From an uncultured Clostridia bacterium (GTDB lineage: Bacteria > Bacillota > Clostridia > Christensenellales > UBA1242): a stretch of DNA of 64,000 nucleotides. The stretch's first letter is position 1; every line of letters begins with the position of its first letter. This document shows, one piece after another, positions 45,030 through 55,700 of this stretch. Under the pieces are notes generated by a model. It did no database searches and was not told the DNA's origin. It saw only the letters and a list, made by a program, of their open reading frames with translations. Position numbers and translations under genes: made by a program. The stretch spans positions 93,378 to 157,377 of the forward strand of contig CALVNZ010000001.1 of NCBI GenBank assembly GCA_944350115.1. The letters are read 5' to 3'.

Positions 45030-48000
45030 TTATTTTTTATTTTCTTTTATTTTTTTCTTATTTGTTTCAATTTGTTTAACAAGATTTGAAATAACTTTGT
45101 TTTTGTTTAACCACCAATCTCGGCTCCAAACTCGGACAATTTTCCAACCTCTTGACTGCAAAAATTTGTTGCGATAGACATCTCTTTCCAAAACAGAATC
45201 ACTGCTTTGATATGCCGCATAGTCACACTCTATCCCAAGCAAATATCTGTCAAGTTTTTTATCATAAACTGCAAGCGACAATTTATAATTTGTGTTGCCT
45301 AAATTTGTTTCAATTTCGTACCCTAGTTTTTCAAGTTCTTCTTTTATCTCGCCTTCAAATTGATTAAGTTTTATTTCGCTTTTCTTTTCAACGATAGGTT
45401 TAAAAGAATCTAAAATATAACTGATTTCTTTTTTCTTTCCAGCAGAAACTGCACGAACATATTGCAAATATTTTTTAAATATTTTTGGTCCAGCATTTTT
45501 TGTGCCTTCCACTTGCAATTCTTCGGGCTCTATACTTGTCACAACATAAATCTTTTCTTTTGCACGAGTAATTGCAACATTCAACCTGTTTTCACCGCCC
45601 TCAACAGAAAGCGGACCAAAATGAGCAACAACTCTTCCAAATTCATTTCGCGCATATCCTGTGCTGAAAATAATTATATCTCGCTCATCACCTTGAACGT
45701 TTTCAAGGTTTTTGATAAATATGCTTTCATCTTCGCCATTTTTAAATCGGTTTTGTTCTCTGATATAAGCATCACGAAAAGCTTGATCTTTTTGACATTC
45801 TTTGTCAATTGCATCTTCAATCGCGCCTTCTTGTTCAGTGTTAAAAGAAATAATTCCTATTGAAAATTTATTTCTTTTATTTTTAATGAGTTTTTTAAGA
45901 AGCGACACAACCGCATTTGCTTCTTCTTGGTTTTTTCTCCCAATCCAACTGCCATTCACTTTTATTCTTTCAATCGGCTTTTTGCCTATGTTTTTGCTGG
46001 TGTTCGGTGCTATTTGCAATTTCCCATCATAAAAAGCATAATTTGAAAAATTGATGAGTTCTTCGTTTCGACTGCGATAGTGATAAGTAAGGTTTGTGCT
46101 GTGATATCTTGATGTTGCAAGGTCAAGCAAGCTTTCAACTTCCAGCGCAGCCTGTGTAGACAAGTCAAGTTCTTCATCACTATCATTACCCATATATCTT
46201 TTCATAAAGGTTGAAGTCGGCCTTAATTGTTTGTTGTCCCCTGCAACAACAATGAATTTACCTCTATAAATTGATGGCAATGTGTTTTCAATGAAAACCT
46301 GCGATGCTTCATCAAAAAGAACGATGTCAAAAAGATTTTTTTCAAGTGGGAAAATGTTTGAAACGCTTTCTGGTGACAAAAGCCAACATGGAAACAGTCT
46401 TAAAAGAAAATCGCCATAAGTGTCCATCATCTTTCGTATTGGCATCAACATTTGTTGTTTTGAAATTTGATATAAGAAATTTTTATTTTCAGGGTTGGAT
46501 TCATAATATGTCTGATATTCTTCCTTAAACTTATCAAGACAAATTGATGTCGCAATAGTTTTTTCTTCGTTTTTTAAAGACAATATTCTGTTTCGAATAT
46601 TTTCAAAATCAATTATTTTTGACAAGTCACTCTTATATTTATCTTCATAAGTGATCGCTTCATGATAAATTCTAATTTCAAGTAGTTTGCTGACAATTTC
46701 CTTAAAATTTTTAAGAGTTTTGCTGTTTTCATAAGCAAAATCCAGTATTGCTCTTTCATGAACCGAACATGATTTCAATGAAACCACAACATCACGAACT
46801 TCAATGTAATCATTTAATGCATTCAACAAGAGTCGCAAAAAGGCATGGTTTCCGTTTAAAATGTTGTCTACTGTCATGACATAACCTTTGCGATCTAAAA
46901 CTTTTTCCAAAAGTTTGTAATTGCCAACATATTGTTTAATGTCCACCATAGCTTTTTGAAAATCTTGTTCCAACTTTTGCTCTTCTTTGACAACTTTTGC
47001 CTTATATATTGGATACAAAGGTAAAAAGATTTTTGAAAAATTGAGTTTTTTATGCAAGCTTGGATAACAAACTTTACTTAACATTTGAACAAGTGGTTTT
47101 ATGTCTGTGTTGTCTGGCAAATTGTTTTCAACTAAATATGCCATAAGTTGACGCGTGTGAGCATACTTTGTGCTATCAAATGGCACAATGTTTTTATTTA
47201 ACAAATTGTTTAAAAAGGTTTTAATTTGATTTACAGTGTGGATCTCCAAATTTTCTTTTATGTGGTCAACAAGTGGATTCGCCTTCTTCAAATGAATGTA
47301 TTTGTAAAACAGATCGCATTTGTTCTTTTCTTCAATGACTCTGACCGCTTGATAAAAATCGTTGAAGTCAAGTTTCATCAGCTCTTTGTTTTTAATCAGT
47401 TTTTTGTAAATTTCGTAATCAGAACTGTTTTTACCTATTTTTGCAGAATTAGAATATAGTTCCTGTAATGTTAATCCAAATGGAGTTTTTGAAAACAGAA
47501 CATCACTTATCGCTTGAAGTTGCGATGTTTCATTTTCAATATTTGCTTGTATGTCTTCAAAGTTTTCTTGATAATTTTCTTGCGATTTATAACCATCCAT
47601 AATCTGTTGATGCATTTGTTTGCAACGCTCATAAAAAGCAACTTTGTTTTTTTCTGCATCTATAATGAACATACATTTTGAATTTAATTCTTTTAAACGG
47701 TTGAAAACAACATCAAGCGCAGCCTTTTTTTGCGACACAACAAGCACTCTTTTGTCTTTACAAAGCGCGTCAGAAATTATGTTTACAATCGTTTGACTCT
47801 TACCCGTACCCGGTGGTCCATAAATCACCATATTGCCAAATTTATTTAATTTTTCAATAGCATTTTCTTGCGCAAAATCCAAATCGTTGATTGTGTAAAG
47901 TTGAGTGTTTGGTTTTTTAACTTTTTTGCTCGGCTTACTTTCCAAAAGTTCATCAATCGCATCACTTGAAAGGCGTCTTTTGTCAAGCAATGTATAATCA

Positions 48001-48842
48001 TTGTAAATTGAGTTTGCAAGTGGAAACCTTCCAATCACACACGCCTGAACAATTTTTAAACTTTCGCCCCTTGTTGGGTCTTTTACATTGTCAAATCTAA
48101 CAAGCCCCTTATCATTTTCTTGATAACGAATTTTTATATCAAATGTTGCTAAATATTTTATTACGTCGCTTATAGTTTTTAATCGATAATCAAGCAAATT
48201 ATCAAATTCCATAATAAGATTATCAATATTAAGTTTTCTTGCTTTTGCATATGCCAGCAGTAAAACTTTGTTCAGCTGAACTGACTCTCCTGCTTTCACT
48301 TCCAAAGAAACTGTTGAATCATTTTCAACATTAATTGTCACAGGAAACAAAATTAAAGGAGCTTTAATTTGTAACTCTGGATTTATGTAACCTGTCACAA
48401 AAGGATAGCCGACAAACATCTCATATCGTCCAGTTTCTTTCGCAAATTCTTCAATTTCTCTTTTCAATGTTTTTAATGCAGAAACTTGCCCTAGCAACAA
48501 TTTTTTCGACTCTTCTCTTTTTTGTCTTTCTTTCTTTAAATTCGCATCTCTTTTTTCTTCTGCAGTCAAATTAGTTTGATCAGCAAAACCACTTTCAATT
48601 TTTTTATCTAGACCAAAATTTTTGAAAAGTTGCTCTTTCATGTCTTTATCAATAAGAGTGAAACCACGACGCTTTCCTTTCCAAATAAAATCCAATAACT
48701 CTTGAAGTTGCTCTTTGTTATCTAAAATTACAGACCCAATATCGAAAGAATATTTTTTACTAATTTTCTTTGAATATAAACTTCTGTTTCTTCCACTTAT
48801 TTCTATTAATCGTTCTTTATAAAATTTGTAAATCGTTCGCAT
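45030..48842 (-). CDS. DUF4011 / Upf1-DNA2-like SF1 helicase fused to a C-terminal Vsr/DUF559-like endonuclease domain
   Basis: N-terminal GRNRSLY block. GPPGTGKSQT, DEASQV, VVAGDNKQL, YHYRS, VQGDERD and NVAITRAK. C-terminal GIECDYAAYQSS..RDVYRNKFLQSRGWKIVRVWSRDWW. Confidence 0.85.
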   Translation of the reverse strand: MRTIYKFYKERLIEISGRNRSLYSKKISKKYSFDIGSVILDNKEQLQELLDFIWKGKRRGFTLIDKDMKEQLFKNFGLDKKIESGFADQTNLTAEEKRDANLKKERQKREESKKLLLGQVSALKTLKREIEEFAKETGRYEMFVGYPFVTGYINPELQIKAPLILFPVTINVENDSTVSLEVKAGESVQLNKVLLLAYAKARKLNIDNLIMEFDNLLDYRLKTISDVIKYLATFDIKIRYQENDKGLVRFDNVKDPTRGESLKIVQACVIGRFPLANSIYNDYTLLDKRRLSSDAIDELLESKPSKKVKKPNTQLYTINDLDFAQENAIEKLNKFGNMVIYGPPGTGKSQTIVNIISDALCKDKRVLVVSQKKAALDVVFNRLKELNSKCMFIIDAEKNKVAFYERCKQMHQQIMDGYKSQENYQENFEDIQANIENETSQLQAISDVLFSKTPFGLTLQELYSNSAKIGKNSSDYEIYKKLIKNKELMKLDFNDFYQAVRVIEEKNKCDLFYKYIHLKKANPLVDHIKENLEIHTVNQIKTFLNNLLNKNIVPFDSTKYAHTRQLMAYLVENNLPDNTDIKPLVQMLSKVCYPSLHKKLNFSKIFLPLYPIYKAKVVKEEQKLEQDFQKAMVDIKQYVGNYKLLEKVLDRKGYVMTVDNILNGNHAFLRLLLNALNDYIEVRDVVVSLKSCSVHERAILDFAYENSKTLKNFKEIVSKLLEIRIYHEAITYEDKYKSDLSKIIDFENIRNRILSLKNEEKTIATSICLDKFKEEYQTYYESNPENKNFLYQISKQQMLMPIRKMMDTYGDFLLRLFPCWLLSPESVSNIFPLEKNLFDIVLFDEASQVFIENTLPSIYRGKFIVVAGDNKQLRPTSTFMKRYMGNDSDEELDLSTQAALEVESLLDLATSRYHSTNLTYHYRSRNEELINFSNYAFYDGKLQIAPNTSKNIGKKPIERIKVNGSWIGRKNQEEANAVVSLLKKLIKNKRNKFSIGIISFNTEQEGAIEDAIDKECQKDQAFRDAYIREQNRFKNGEDESIFIKNLENVQGDERDIIIFSTGYARNEFGRVVAHFGPLSVEGGENRLNVAITRAKEKIYVVTSIEPEELQVEGTKNAGPKIFKKYLQYVRAVSAGKKKEISYILDSFKPIVEKKSEIKLNQFEGEIKEELEKLGYEIETNLGNTNYKLSLAVYDKKLDRYLLGIECDYAAYQSSDSVLERDVYRNKFLQSRGWKIVRVWSRDWWLNKNKVISNLVKQIETNKKKIKENKK

Positions 48843-48986
48843 TTTTATTCCTCGCTTAATTATTATAGCACAATATTAAATCAAGTCGTTGCTTTTTCTT
48901 AAAAAATAAAAATTTTTATTAATTTTTTTGTTTTTCTATTGAATTTAAACAAAATTTTAGTTATTATAAAAAGCATGGAGACCAAA

Positions 48987-49775
48987 ATGAATAAGCAAAT
49001 TTATGAAAAGTCCATAATTTTAACAGGACCAGTTGGAAGTTGCAAAAGTTTGATTTCTTCCGCATTAGCAGAAGAACTAGACATGCCAAAAGTTGAATTA
49101 GATAAACTTCGACACTTGCCAAGTGAAAAAATGATTTTAGAGTTTTTAAATCAAGAAACCGACCCTGAAAAAATTGAAGAACTAAACGCACAATTACAAT
49201 TAAGAAGAAGGTTCCCAAATGTTTTAAGTTATGAAGACATGGGCTATAGTTTAAAATTTAGTCAATACATGATAAATTATCATGGAACTGTTGGTTGGCA
49301 TAGCTATCAAAAGCAATTCGAAACCATTTTGCTTTACTCCTTTTTTGACAATTTAGACCAGCCAATGATCATCGATATGGGCGGAAGCATGGGTGTAAGT
49401 TTAGATAAATATATAGACCCATTTCTAGAAGAATTTGAACAGCAAAATCCTGACAAATATGCAGAATACTTTAAAAGAAGAGATGTCATTGGTTTTGACA
49501 AAATTTATAACCTTCTAGAACCTTTTAAAAATGTTTTCAGCATGAAATTACCTGACAACTATCATCAAACCATGTTGAAAGCTTCAAGTTCAAAATTAAA
49601 CAATTCCTTTACCGTCACTGATCAGTATGACACTTCCGCAAAATATCAAATTCATTTAGGCGGGCTAATCAACGGCAAGTTTTTAGATTTGTTACGGCTT
49701 GAAAAAATTAAAGAAAGCATTATAAGTTTAATGGTTCAGCAATCTTCAACTTTTGCAACAGAACTAAAAAGATAA
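48987..49775 (+). CDS. P-loop kinase-like protein (shikimate-kinase/AAA_33-like fold)
   Basis: ATG at 48987 lies after ggag. Walker A-like LTGPVGSCKS right at the N-terminus. Divergent from the helicase gene. Confidence 0.5.
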   Translation: MNKQIYEKSIILTGPVGSCKSLISSALAEELDMPKVELDKLRHLPSEKMILEFLNQETDPEKIEELNAQLQLRRRFPNVLSYEDMGYSLKFSQYMINYHGTVGWHSYQKQFETILLYSFFDNLDQPMIIDMGGSMGVSLDKYIDPFLEEFEQQNPDKYAEYFKRRDVIGFDKIYNLLEPFKNVFSMKLPDNYHQTMLKASSSKLNNSFTVTDQYDTSAKYQIHLGGLINGKFLDLLRLEKIKESIISLMVQQSSTFATELKR

Positions 49776-49801
49776 AAGAGTGCCACAGCGCACTCTTTTT
49801 T
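49776..49801. terminator. Bidirectional rho-independent terminator
   Basis: agagtgc-cacagc-gcactct stem-loop flanked by A- and T-runs. Confidence 0.65.
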
Positions 49802-51221
49802 ATCCTAATATATCACTTCTGTCTTGATAAGATGTGTGAAGAAGCGAATTGCCAAATTCTTTTAAAAATTCATCATAAACCATTTCAACTTCTGGATTTT
49901 TATAAGAATATCTGATTTTTGAGTCTTTATCTAACTTGTAAAGCGCTTCACTTCTTTGCTTTCTCGCTTGTTCGTGCGATAATTTGACGTTAATTGGTTG
50001 ACCTCCGCCACCCAAGCAACCACCTAAACACGCCATTACTTCAACTATATCAAACCTTTTCCCTTTTTCCATTTCTTCAAAAAGTTTTCTTGCGTTTATT
50101 GTGCCTGAAACAGAAACTACTGAAAGTTTTTTATCTCCAAGTTTGACTTGGCTTTCAACATAACCATCAAGATTGCGCACTTTTTTTATTTCAAGGTCTT
50201 TTAAGTCGTTCCCTGTCAAAAAGTAATGCGCCGTTCTTATCACTGCTTCCATCACTCCGCCAGATGAACCAAAAATGACCCCTGCGCCACTGCCCGTTCC
50301 CATAATTGAATCATAATCGCTGTCTTTTAATTCAAAATAGTTTAAACTTTTCTCTTTAAACCATTTTGTAAGTTCTCTTATAGGAATAACAAAGTCAACA
50401 TCGTTAAACTTTTTTATCTCCGCTTTTTTTGCTGTGCAAGGAGTGATTGCCACACTCACAATATCTTCTGGTTTTATGTTCATTTTTTTCGCAAAATAAG
50501 ATTTGATCAAACTGCCTTCAATTGAAATAGGGCTTTTAGTAGACGATAAATTTTCTTTATATTTTGGATAAAAAATTTCCACAAACTTCACCCATGCAGG
50601 GCAACAACTGGTCATGATTGGCAAATTTTTGCCTGTTTTAAGTCTTTCAAGAAGTTCGTGTGCTTCTTCCATGACCGTCATATCTGCACCAAATGTCGTG
50701 TCTAAAACATAATTTGCGCCAAGCGCTCTTAACATCGCCACTAATTTGCCTGTGCAGGCGTCACCAGCTTCTCCTCCAAATTCTTCTGCAAGCGAAACTC
50801 TAACCGACGGAGCTGTTTGAAAAACAAAAATCTTTTGCCCTTGTTTAATCATTTGGTCAAGTTTTTTATAATCTTCTTTTATGTGCAAAGCGCTTTTAGG
50901 GCAATTTAAAGTGCACTGGCCACAATCTATGCACACAGACTTACATTTAATTTTTTGCAAATCATAATAGCCATAAACGCCCTGTTTAAACCTGCAAACA
51001 GACTTGCAATTTCCACAATAAACGCATTTTGATGGGTCTCTTTTAATGCTTGGGTTGTCGTCATCAACTTCAATAAAAACTGTTTCTTCTCTTTTTGTTT
51101 CTTCAACTTTTTGAAAAAATTCTTTTTTTACGCCACAGACCGGGCAAACATAATCATCATCTAAAGCTTCAAAATCGCCTTCAAAAACATATCCACAAAC
51201 TGCGCACACATATTTTGACAT
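49800..51221 (-). CDS. [FeFe]-hydrogenase catalytic subunit with an N-terminal rubredoxin-like domain and two 4Fe-4S ferredoxin motifs
   Basis: CAVCGY...CPVCG rubredoxin knuckles. [11 protein letters not shown] and [13 protein letters not shown]-cluster motifs [16 protein letters not shown] and [15 protein letters not shown]. Confidence 0.9.
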   Translation of the reverse strand: MSKYVCAVCGYVFEGDFEALDDDYVCPVCGVKKEFFQKVEETKREETVFIEVDDDNPSIKRDPSKCVYCGNCKSVCRFKQGVYGYYDLQKIKCKSVCIDCGQCTLNCPKSALHIKEDYKKLDQMIKQGQKIFVFQTAPSVRVSLAEEFGGEAGDACTGKLVAMLRALGANYVLDTTFGADMTVMEEAHELLERLKTGKNLPIMTSCCPAWVKFVEIFYPKYKENLSSTKSPISIEGSLIKSYFAKKMNIKPEDIVSVAITPCTAKKAEIKKFNDVDFVIPIRELTKWFKEKSLNYFELKDSDYDSIMGTGSGAGVIFGSSGGVMEAVIRTAHYFLTGNDLKDLEIKKVRNLDGYVESQVKLGDKKLSVVSVSGTINARKLFEEMEKGKRFDIVEVMACLGGCLGGGGQPINVKLSHEQARKQRSEALYKLDKDSKIRYSYKNPEVEMVYDEFLKEFGNSLLHTSYQDRSDILG

Positions 51222-51277
51222 AAAACAACTTTCTCCTTTTTCAAAGAGATGTTTTGAATCTCTAATACGATTTTAGA

Positions 51278-52357
51278 TTATTTAAGCATTTTTTCAAAAT
51301 GATTTATAAAATATTTTTCATTGTTTTGAACAGACGAATCATTTGGTCGCAATGCTTTTGAAATTTCATGAAAATGAAAAGATTTTTGAATGTCGTTTTT
51401 TAAAAAATATAAATAACAAAGTTGCAATGCAGGCAAAAAGTCATGCATATCCCTTTCAATAAAAGCGCCATTTTCAACAATTTGCGAATGTTCCAGAGCG
51501 CACAAAAACCAAAATTCCGCCTCGTCAAGCTTTTTGTTTTTCAAAAACCAATTTCCTAATCTATAACTGACTTCGCTTCTTGGCTCACTATATTGTAATG
51601 CTAACAACAAACTTGTTAATTCTTTGTCAGGTTGATTCAAATTTTTATAACAAAAACTTTTATCTATACACGCTTGAATTTTATTTTCCACCCAACCTTC
51701 TGGCTCTTTTAAAAAACTATTAAATTCTCTTAACGCTTCTGTATAATAACCATTAAACATCAACTCCCTTGCATAATAAAACTTTTGCCTTGGCGAAAAC
51801 TTCACTTTTTCTCTTTTTAACTTTCTGTAAATTTTTAAATTTCTGCCCGGAAGATTGGGTTTTTCCTTCATGTGATAAATTTTAATGTCTCTGTTTTCAA
51901 TGTCACCACTCAACACAACAACTTCATGCACTGGATCAACCCACTTAAAATTTTTGCTTCTCTTAAAAAGCCTTTCTCTTAAATATTTAAAAATTGGCGT
52001 ATAATCTTTTTCATAAGTCAACACATATTCAAACATATAAATGTCTGCCTGCATGTTTGATTTCTTTAAAGACAAGATTTTTTCAACATCTTCGTCCATT
52101 ACATAATCATCAGCATCAAGCCACATAATGTAGTCACTTTTTGCAAAAGAAAAAGCATAATTTCTTGCTTTGCTAAAATCGCCCACCCACTTAAACAGAT
52201 AAACTTTGTCTGTGTAAGATTTCGCTATCTCAATTGTTTTGTCTTTTGACCCTGTGTCAACGACAATGATTTCATCTGCAAATTTAACAGCTTGCTTTAA
52301 AAGTCTTCCAATCACCGCTTCTTCATCTTTCACAATCATACATAAAGAAATAGTCAT
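51278..52357 (-). CDS. Family-2 glycosyltransferase with a C-terminal TPR-like domain (SunS-like architecture)
   Basis: SLCMIVKDEE, DTGSKD, W.GDFSKARN, WLDADD and VHE. The C-terminal half has helical repeats. Confidence 0.7.
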   Translation of the reverse strand: MTISLCMIVKDEEAVIGRLLKQAVKFADEIIVVDTGSKDKTIEIAKSYTDKVYLFKWVGDFSKARNYAFSFAKSDYIMWLDADDYVMDEDVEKILSLKKSNMQADIYMFEYVLTYEKDYTPIFKYLRERLFKRSKNFKWVDPVHEVVVLSGDIENRDIKIYHMKEKPNLPGRNLKIYRKLKREKVKFSPRQKFYYARELMFNGYYTEALREFNSFLKEPEGWVENKIQACIDKSFCYKNLNQPDKELTSLLLALQYSEPRSEVSYRLGNWFLKNKKLDEAEFWFLCALEHSQIVENGAFIERDMHDFLPALQLCYLYFLKNDIQKSFHFHEISKALRPNDSSVQNNEKYFINHFEKMLK

Positions 52358-52716
52358 TATTGCTCCTTAAAACTACAATAATGCTATTCAATATTTAAAA
52401 TAAATGTGAATAACCAATATTTTAATTTTTTAATATTTTTTTAATAATTATTTAATTTTTATTAATTTTTTAATATTTTTTTCAAAAAAAACACTTTTTT
52501 ATTAAATTTTAAGATAATTATTTGCTTTTAAAATAAAGCTGATAAATTATATTTGATATAGCTATTTGCAAAAATTATTAATGATATTTATTTTTCTATT
52601 TTATTTAATATTTAAAAATTTATTTATAATATTTTATATTTATATATATTTATTTTGTTTTTGGGAAAAACTATGATAAAATGATTTTGTCAAAAATTGA
52701 CAGAAGAGGTGTTTAA

Positions 52717-55700
52717 ATGAGCAAAGTCAAACAAATCTTTAAACTATCGTTTTTATCTTTCATCGCCGTTTGCCTAACAATCGGCGGTTGGCTGTTTTCA
52801 ATTCCAAAATCCAGCGTGGTGAATGCTGATGTTGTAGATTCGGTGATAGAAAATCAATTGCCGGTCTTTTTTAATAACAATGATTACACAAAAGAATATT
52901 ATTACAACAACGAAAACGCCGTTGTAAAATTTGACTTTGAAGAAATAGATGGAATTTATAAATATTACCCTGAAGGCAAAGAAAATGAGAATCACTACTA
53001 TTACATTGACATAACTCAAATCTCTTTGACTTTGGACGGACAACCTATCGTTTTTGCTAACGACGCATCTGCAAACGATATAATTTTAAATTCTTCTACT
53101 CCTGCCCTGTTTGACCCAAACTTTTTTTCTAAAACTTTGGATTTTGAAGTCGTGTTAAATACTTCCAACGAAAACAACACTATTACATCTTCCGAAGACT
53201 CTGAAAAGAAAACTGTGACGATAAATAAACAGGGGCTTTTAAACATTTCAGCGCAATACAATCTTTATGATGTCACTTTCACCCCTGCAGGAAGCGGGTC
53301 GCAAAACGCAAAAGAGTCTTACACTCTTTACAACAATATAACTTTTGATTACAGCATTTTTATGCTTGACAAAAGCACCTATTTCTTAGGAAATGACGAA
53401 AGCGTTCCAAATGTTGAATACAACACAACAAACACATCAAGGACGCCAAGTGAATCTTCAAATCATAGATATAACTACTTTTACAATTTTAAATCATCAA
53501 ACGCAACTTCAAACGATCTTCCTTACATAACATACAATCCTTTATATTACAAACTCACTATTTCTAAAACAATCAACAACTCGTCATCTTCTGAAACAAT
53601 TTCATTTAATCCTGAAACAAAAGCCTACAATGAACCAAGTTTTGTTTATGACTTAACTTATGATGAAGAAACGGGACTAATTAAAGTTTACTTTAATGAT
53701 TTAGGACTTTACAATTTGCATTTTGATGTGATTTACACATTCACAAATGGTCAAAACACAAATGTTTACAATTTGTCAAAAACAGTTTTGGATCAAAAAT
53801 TTTATGTTTACGGCGCACAAATGTATTACACCGATTACGACAAAAATGATTTCGTTGAATTTAAAACTATTGATTCAAACCAAATAACTGCATCAGCAGA
53901 CATAACAAGAAAACTTTCAAGTTTGACCTCTGTGGACTCTGATGGAACAAAAAACGCCTTGTCACCAGATGACAGCCCATTAAAAGAATATTTAAATTTA
54001 AAAGAGAATTCACCAGTGCGCACAAACCAAACCCCTGTGAAGCTTTCAACTTATGGAAGCAATATTCAAGCTACTTTATACACAAAAACAGATGATGGTT
54101 GGAGCAAAGGCGAAGGCATAAGCGCAACAAAAAACATAAGTGAAGATGGAATTTATGTTCTCGTCTTGACCTATAACTTTGCAAATTACACCAATGCTTC
54201 TGGCGCTCTTGACACAGCAACTAAATTTTATCAATATTTCTACTTCCAAATTCAAAAAGAAACACCACAAGTGGATGTTAAAAAAGAAAATTCTGAAGGT
54301 GGTTGGGAAACACTTTATTCAAAACAATACACAAACCGGCAAGTAAAAATCACTTACAATGGTGAAAACGAGTCTGCGTTTGATTCATCAGTTTATGTCA
54401 CTTTGACAAGAAAAGACTTCGTCACAGGTCAAACAGGAAGTGAAATTTATCTCTTCCCTAAATCAAAAAATGAAGGCTTGATCAATGAGTCCGGGCAGAT
54501 GACCGTCGACAATGGAAACTACACAATCACATATCAAGAAGATGGAAATTCGGTGATTGTTGAAAAGGAAGACGGCTCTTACACCATAAAAATTTATTAT
54601 GGCAAAAATGCTATGGGCGAAACTCCTATGACAAGCACATTCACCATTGACACGACTGAAATTGAAAATCTTTCCGCTTATTCAATTACGACATCCTCCA
54701 ACAAAAACGCAATAGCAAACAAGCTTGAAGGCAATGTCACAAATGAAGCTTTCACATTTAATTGGAAAAACACCAAACAAAGTGGAGCTTTAACATATGG
54801 TTATTTTAAATATTACTCTCTCAACTACTTTGACTATTATGACACAACAGATTTAGGTTCAACAAGTTTAGGAACTCTCATTTATACATTGCTTGCAAAT
54901 GATTTGCTTGCCACTGATGCACAACTTGATTTGTCAAAAACATCAAATGAATGGATGGAATATTCAAACTCATCTGTTTATCCTTCTTCGTCAATTCCTG
55001 CAAACTGCGTAAAAAGCAGTGCTGGACTTTACATTTTCCAAGTTTTTGATGAAGCCGGAAACACCAGCGCATACTATATGCTCCTTGACGACTCTTCACC
55101 ATATTTCGTTTTGCAAACAAGTTCTGGCTATTCTCTCATTAGTTCAAATCATACTTTGATTTCAGATGCAACACTTTATTGGAGTGATTACAAAGGAATC
55201 AACATTAATCTTGGTTCAAACACGCTTTCAAAAACTGGATCTGCTTACGAAATTAGTGAAACTTTCTATACCAATAAAAATGGTCAAGTCGATGACACGT
55301 TAAAAGCAGTTTTTGAACAATTTATTGACAATGGCGGTATTACATCATTTTCTAGTTCAGCTTTTGGCAGTCGTGCAGGCACTTACTATTTAAGCAAAAT
55401 AAATGACACTATTGCATTTAAAAATTATGACACTGACTACTACTCATTGCTTGGAAGCGCAGACCAAGACATTAATAGTTATGAAATCCAATTCTCTTAT
55501 TCTGTTTATTATGGCAATGTTTCAGGCAACACTCAAACCTCTTTCCTTTTCTCAACAACAAACACAAACGTTTATTTGGATGAAAATGGGCAAGAAGTTG
55601 ATGCTGGCACAATAACAAATCTAAAAGAAGCCGACTTATACAAAATCATTTACGATGATGGCTCAAAAGAATTTTTCTATGGCGAACAAGGCTCGCAAAC

